A stretch of 63,273 nt of DNA, filler included, from Perkinsus chesapeaki ATCC PRA-425 (taxonomy: Eukaryota > Protista > Perkinsozoa), in the NCBI GenBank assembly GCA_013115145.1. It is 8 parts of 8 records of this genome, joined end to end, with 100 filler letters (N's around TTAATTAATTAA, not from the genome) between each part and the next. Parts side by side here need not be neighbours in the genome. Positions count along the whole stretch, not along the records: positions 58,225 to 63,273 come from JAAPAO010001201.1; 7 more parts are not named here. One strand, given 5' to 3'. Both the position numbers and the translations under genes were made by a program. Below, piece after piece: positions 59,063 through 63,273 of this stretch (its first letter is position 1; each line of letters opens with the position of its first letter). The notes beneath the pieces were generated by a model that saw only the letters and a program-made list of their open reading frames with translations, made no database searches and had not been told where the DNA came from.

Positions 59063-60960
59063 GCCTATAAGAAGAACCTAGTTTTCACCCTCTCAGGAGT
59101 TTTTTAGTCTCCTCTTTCCTCGCTGCGTTGGTTAATTGCCATATCTTAGATCGGGATCTCAGTCATCATGGCCGACTATACACCACAACTTGTGGTTCTC
59201 CACTAAACCCAGTGGGTTTAACCCACTATGAGGTTCTCATCATCCACCGAGAGGAGCGCACAGGGTTCGTCTCTTGTCTCCTGAAGAAAACCCACCGAGA
59301 TCTTATTGCCGACGATCTCGCATATCAAACTGACGACTACAATTCTTGTTTGTTTGGGTGGCCTTGCCGATCGCCATGATGGCAGTATTCTGCCTTTGCG
59401 CCACACGGGACTAGCTCCGTAGTTGGTCCGCTGCGTCCTGTCTGGCTCAGCACTCCAACGTCACGTCATCCTTCCGCTCGACATCGTCCATAGTGCACAA
59501 AAGAAAATATTTGCATGTTCTACTAGTAGTGATACAGATATGGGGCATCCGACAATGGTGCAGTGAGGTGAAATAGTAAACAATAATGATACACATTTTT
59601 CCATTTTTTTATTCTTTTTTTATTTTATTTTTTCATTTCTTTTTTTAACACCGACATACCAAGTACTAGGCTGCCCTCTCTAGCCAAAACCGTGCTAACA
59701 ACCATACCAGCCCTCTCAGATGCTTCACGTTGCGTAGGAAGTCGTATTGCCCCTCAGGGAAGACATCCATGCCCATCTTCTACATATTTCCCGTGTTAAT
59801 CTCCGTTTTGGGCAGTCGAAGATAATATGCTTTCCATTCCCACAGGATGACCACGCCCCCTGCAAACTTCAGGGGAAATCCTATCGATCTTAGCCCAGTG
59901 ATCTCTCAGACACGAATGACCGCTAATAGCTTCGATCAGTCTCCCGCGGTCGTTAGTGTCCAGCTTTGCCCCCTCCAGTAGTCTCCTGTGTGCTGCTCCT
60001 AAATCCAGTCTCGCCCATGCAACGACTACAATGTACTCGCCTGACTCGTCCGGGAGGATGTAGTCACTACATCCTCCCAGACGAGTCAGGTGAAAGTTAT
60101 GCTAACCCTGAGCGGCAATATGCGGGTATCTGTAATCCAGATTCTGGATAGTCCCAGCTCAATAGCCCGTCAACAAGGACACGCGCTGTCTCAGGTGCAA
60201 TCGCTCTATTTTTTCTCCGAAAATATAGGCACTCCGAAGACAAGAGGCATAGCACGTAGGAAGGCTCTCGCAAATATCGCAATACGTTTATAATGCTCAG
60301 CCAGAATCTACTTTCCTTTTTCTCTATTTTTGTCTATTTCTCCTTACTTTTCGGATACCTTACTTTATGTGTCGGAAAAGAAAATAGGACGGAAGAAAGA
60401 ATCGCTATTTTTCTTTCCACCGGTCGACGATCCCTACAATCTGATAACTGATTATCACGACGTGATAATTAGAATTGTAGCAGAGAAATTGATAATATCG
60501 GTTCGATACGGATGCGCTGCGTTATCACAGTTTAAATTCCTCAGGGAAACCTTCAGCGGCTTGACAGATATTTTACTTGCCGGTGGCTGGCCGACAGCCA
60601 GGCTGAGGCACTGCCGTTCCGTGACAACTGCCTGCCGCTGCGGCAGCTCGCTGTTCACTTGCTCGCTGTTATCTCCGTGTTGTGCCATTGATTATTTGAT
60701 ACATACAGTATATGGCTCTACCAGCCTAGTGTTGTCAACACTGTGTTTAACCCCACGAACTTCACGGACATGACTAAGATACCTCAAACAAGCCTCAACT
60801 TGATAGTGGCCCACTATTAGTGGGCATATTGTCATTCAGTTTACAAGAATGACAGGGGAATCTTCGGATGTAAATGGGTTTGGTCTCTCATCGACTACTC
60901 TACGATCATTATAACGCATGAAGTACGAGGGGCAACCCCTGTTCAATAGGAGGCAATACC

Positions 60961-63273
60961 TTCTTCTTCTTCTTATTCCTCGGACGCGGCACGGCCTATA
61001 AGGCCCTACAGCCGCCCTTACGATCTCTGGGAGTAGCGACGCTATGTTCAGTAGCTGAACTTCAGCTGATAATTTCAACAGAGTTGATCACTGCTCCCTT
61101 AGTCTTCCAGTGGACTTGATGAAGTTTTCTATCATCCTTGCTAGCCTGCCGTCGCGCATGAGAATATCGCCCTGCTCCGGTGGCCATGGAATGCCCCTGA
61201 TCTTCACTGCAGCTTCCAGAGCAACCCGATGCCGAGACCAGCGGGCGCAGTGAAAGAGGAAATGATGGAAATCCTCCTCTTCACCTGAGTTGCAGAATGG
61301 ACAGATCTTGCTTCCATTGTCTATCTTGGCCCTTGAGTATCTCAGTGAATTACGCCCACAGACAACCTGTAGCAGCCCACCGCACGAAGGAAGATTGCGG
61401 AGCGCATTCAGGGCGGTTGACGTGGGGACAAAGTACCGAAAAGATCGCCCAAGTGCACGCACATCTCTTTCATACGAGTTGTTCGACATGTTCACCAGCC
61501 ACTTCGATACTGCCTGCGATAGAGCTATGCGCGTAAATGGAACGCTAAGGGTTGAGTCAAGACCGTGATAGGCTGCTGCGCGAGCCGCTGAATCAGCTTT
61601 TAAGTTCCCAGTACTGCATTTCGAGGGAGTATATCGCAGCTCTAGCTGAATATCCAGTCCTCGCAGTTGCCCGGCTACGGCTCGACTGAGACTGCACTTG
61701 CTGTTTTTCCCCATCAGAGCCCCTTCAATGCTCTCTATCGCTCGTAGGCAGTCGGAGTAGACACAGATCGCGCGCTTCCCAAGCATAAGCGCTCCCACCT
61801 GGGCCGCATGCAGAATACCCACTTCCTCGGCTTGAAGGGGAGTGGTATGCACCGGCAGTTTGCGTCCACTGGTTCTCCATGTGCCAGACGGTGTGCACCA
61901 GGCTGCACCGCATCCCGCGGAAATGCCTGGCTTGACGGAGCCATCAGAGTACAGCTCAGCTATATCTTCCGGGCGGGAACTCAGTGCTACAGGTCCCATA
62001 CCTGAGGGTGTACCCTGGCTTCGGGAATCCACCAGCCGTTCGACCGGGTGACACCCGACAATTTCACTGGCGATATGCTCAACCGCGCCGAGTCGAAAGA
62101 ATTCAGGCCACTGCACCCTGCGTTTCGCACACTGCACACTGCACAGATCATCCCAGGCGATGCCTCCTGGACCAAGGCGGCACGAGAACGCTGTCGGAGC
62201 ACGAGCGCTAATGCGCCAGGCACGCTTATACATTTTCGCCTGCAGAGACCGGATCTGGTTAGCAATTCGGCCCCTGAGGGCTGCAACTCCCCAGCAGCCA
62301 ACGCCGTGTAACAGGTAGCCGCGCGCAATGATGTCGAACAGTCTGACCGCTACGTCAGGAAGGAGACCCCATGTACTCCTTACATGCCTCTTAACCGAGT
62401 GGTAAGCTCCTTCTATCTTTGCCAAGGTACATGCTACATGTCCACCCCATTTGAACTTCCGGTCAAGCTGGAGGCCAAGCCACTTAACAGAGCCCTCCTT
62501 CACCAGGTGTCCCCCGATACTGATTTCTATCTCGGGCCCGCCGTGACATCTGTGAGCCGGGAAGCACATAAGCTTTGTTTTGTGCCACGATAAGCGACAC
62601 TTGACTGAAAGGCACCACTGCTCAAGCCGGTTGAAAATCTCGTTCACAGATGCCTGGATTCCAGCCTCGTCCCTGTATCGGAACAGAATCACACCATCGT
62701 CGGCATAGATCACTGTAACCCATGGCGCGACCGCACTCTTAAAGGTGAGCATGAAGGCGTTGAAGATCCATGGTGAAGTGACCCCACCCTGTGGAGTGCC
62801 TCTGGTGAGTCGCCAAGAGCATCGATCAGTACCGTGCTGTAGAACGATCTCGCGGGAGTCGAGATAGCTTTGCAATAACAGGAGGTAGTCTGATTTCACT
62901 CCCCGATCCAGCAGTACCTTGAGTGCTGACCACGTGCTACACTTATCAAACGCTCCTTCAATGTCAACGAACAAAGCTCCGACGCTGTAGCCCTCCGACC
63001 AAGCTTGACGTACTCCGGACTCCAGTTCCCCAACCGCGGTGTCACATCCCTTGCCCGGTCGGTATGCATGCAGCGAGTCAGGAAATGACATCTCCGCGCT
63101 GATCCGACGGAACAGGATCCGATCGAAAAGACGAGCAATAGCAGTGTTAATCGTGATCGGCCTCCACGACTTTGGGTCCGATGGCAGTTTATCAGATTTC
63201 TTCGGGATGGTCACAACATAGCCCTTCTTCAGCCTCGCAGGAACAAGACGATGTGCTACGAAGGCTGAGAATA
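60961..63273 (-). mobile_element. Second, diverged I-group non-LTR retrotransposon (3' part; continues beyond the window)
   Basis: RT-RNase H-CCHC collinear with the 53-58 kb element but clearly diverged; tail reads AATAAGAAGAAGAAGAAG on the sense strand at 60961-60977. Confidence 0.95.
61088..63214 (-). CDS. ORF2 C-terminal part: reverse transcriptase, RNase H and CCHC
   Basis: WRPITIN, DIEGAFD, PQGGVTSP, YADD, SDGS, QAEE, SDC, GNLKADSAA and CPFC..HH..C; no stops in the 708 aa shown. Confidence 0.95.
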   Translation of the reverse strand: MTIPKKSDKLPSDPKSWRPITINTAIARLFDRILFRRISAEMSFPDSLHAYRPGKGCDTAVGELESGVRQAWSEGYSVGALFVDIEGAFDKCSTWSALKVLLDRGVKSDYLLLLQSYLDSREIVLQHGTDRCSWRLTRGTPQGGVTSPWIFNAFMLTFKSAVAPWVTVIYADDGVILFRYRDEAGIQASVNEIFNRLEQWCLSVKCRLSWHKTKLMCFPAHRCHGGPEIEISIGGHLVKEGSVKWLGLQLDRKFKWGGHVACTLAKIEGAYHSVKRHVRSTWGLLPDVAVRLFDIIARGYLLHGVGCWGVAALRGRIANQIRSLQAKMYKRAWRISARAPTAFSCRLGPGGIAWDDLCSVQCAKRRVQWPEFFRLGAVEHIASEIVGCHPVERLVDSRSQGTPSGMGPVALSSRPEDIAELYSDGSVKPGISAGCGAAWCTPSGTWRTSGRKLPVHTTPLQAEEVGILHAAQVGALMLGKRAICVYSDCLRAIESIEGALMGKNSKCSLSRAVAGQLRGLDIQLELRYTPSKCSTGNLKADSAARAAAYHGLDSTLSVPFTRIALSQAVSKWLVNMSNNSYERDVRALGRSFRYFVPTSTALNALRNLPSCGGLLQVVCGRNSLRYSRAKIDNGSKICPFCNSGEEEDFHHFLFHCARWSRHRVALEAAVKIRGIPWPPEQGDILMRDGRLARMIENFIKSTGRLREQ

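Overview
Eukaryotic draft-assembly DNA, most consistent with an alveolate of the Perkinsus type. This is an inference from short GT-AG introns, long same-strand gene runs, and the subtilisin and Cys-rich secreted-protein families. Seven artificial N44-TTAATTAATTAA-N44 linkers split the window into eight pieces whose adjacency is not guaranteed. Host genes: an S8 subtilisin, an intron-rich HIBCH/crotonase-like gene with degenerate catalytic motifs and a mitochondrial-type presequence, a tandem array of six small paralogous genes of unknown function, a Cys-rich mucin-like secreted protein, a bestrophin-family channel, an STI1-like protein and an AAAP amino-acid transporter. RNA genes: tRNA-Ser(GCT, 5'-truncated), tRNA-Ala(TGC, nested antisense in an intron) and two orphan tRNA 3' halves. 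Mobile DNA: a decayed Dada-like DDE transposase near the tRNA-Ser, a tyrosine-recombinase retroelement whose RT/RNase H ORF is divergent from gag+YR, and two RNase H-containing I-group LINEs with (GAA)n tails and a shared 3' hairpin. Best novelty candidates: the bidirectional YR retroelement, the six-gene 'RFARARG' family, the HIBCH pseudo-enzyme, and clusters of perfect palindromes with a one-base centre. All family assignments come from motif recognition by eye; no database search was run.
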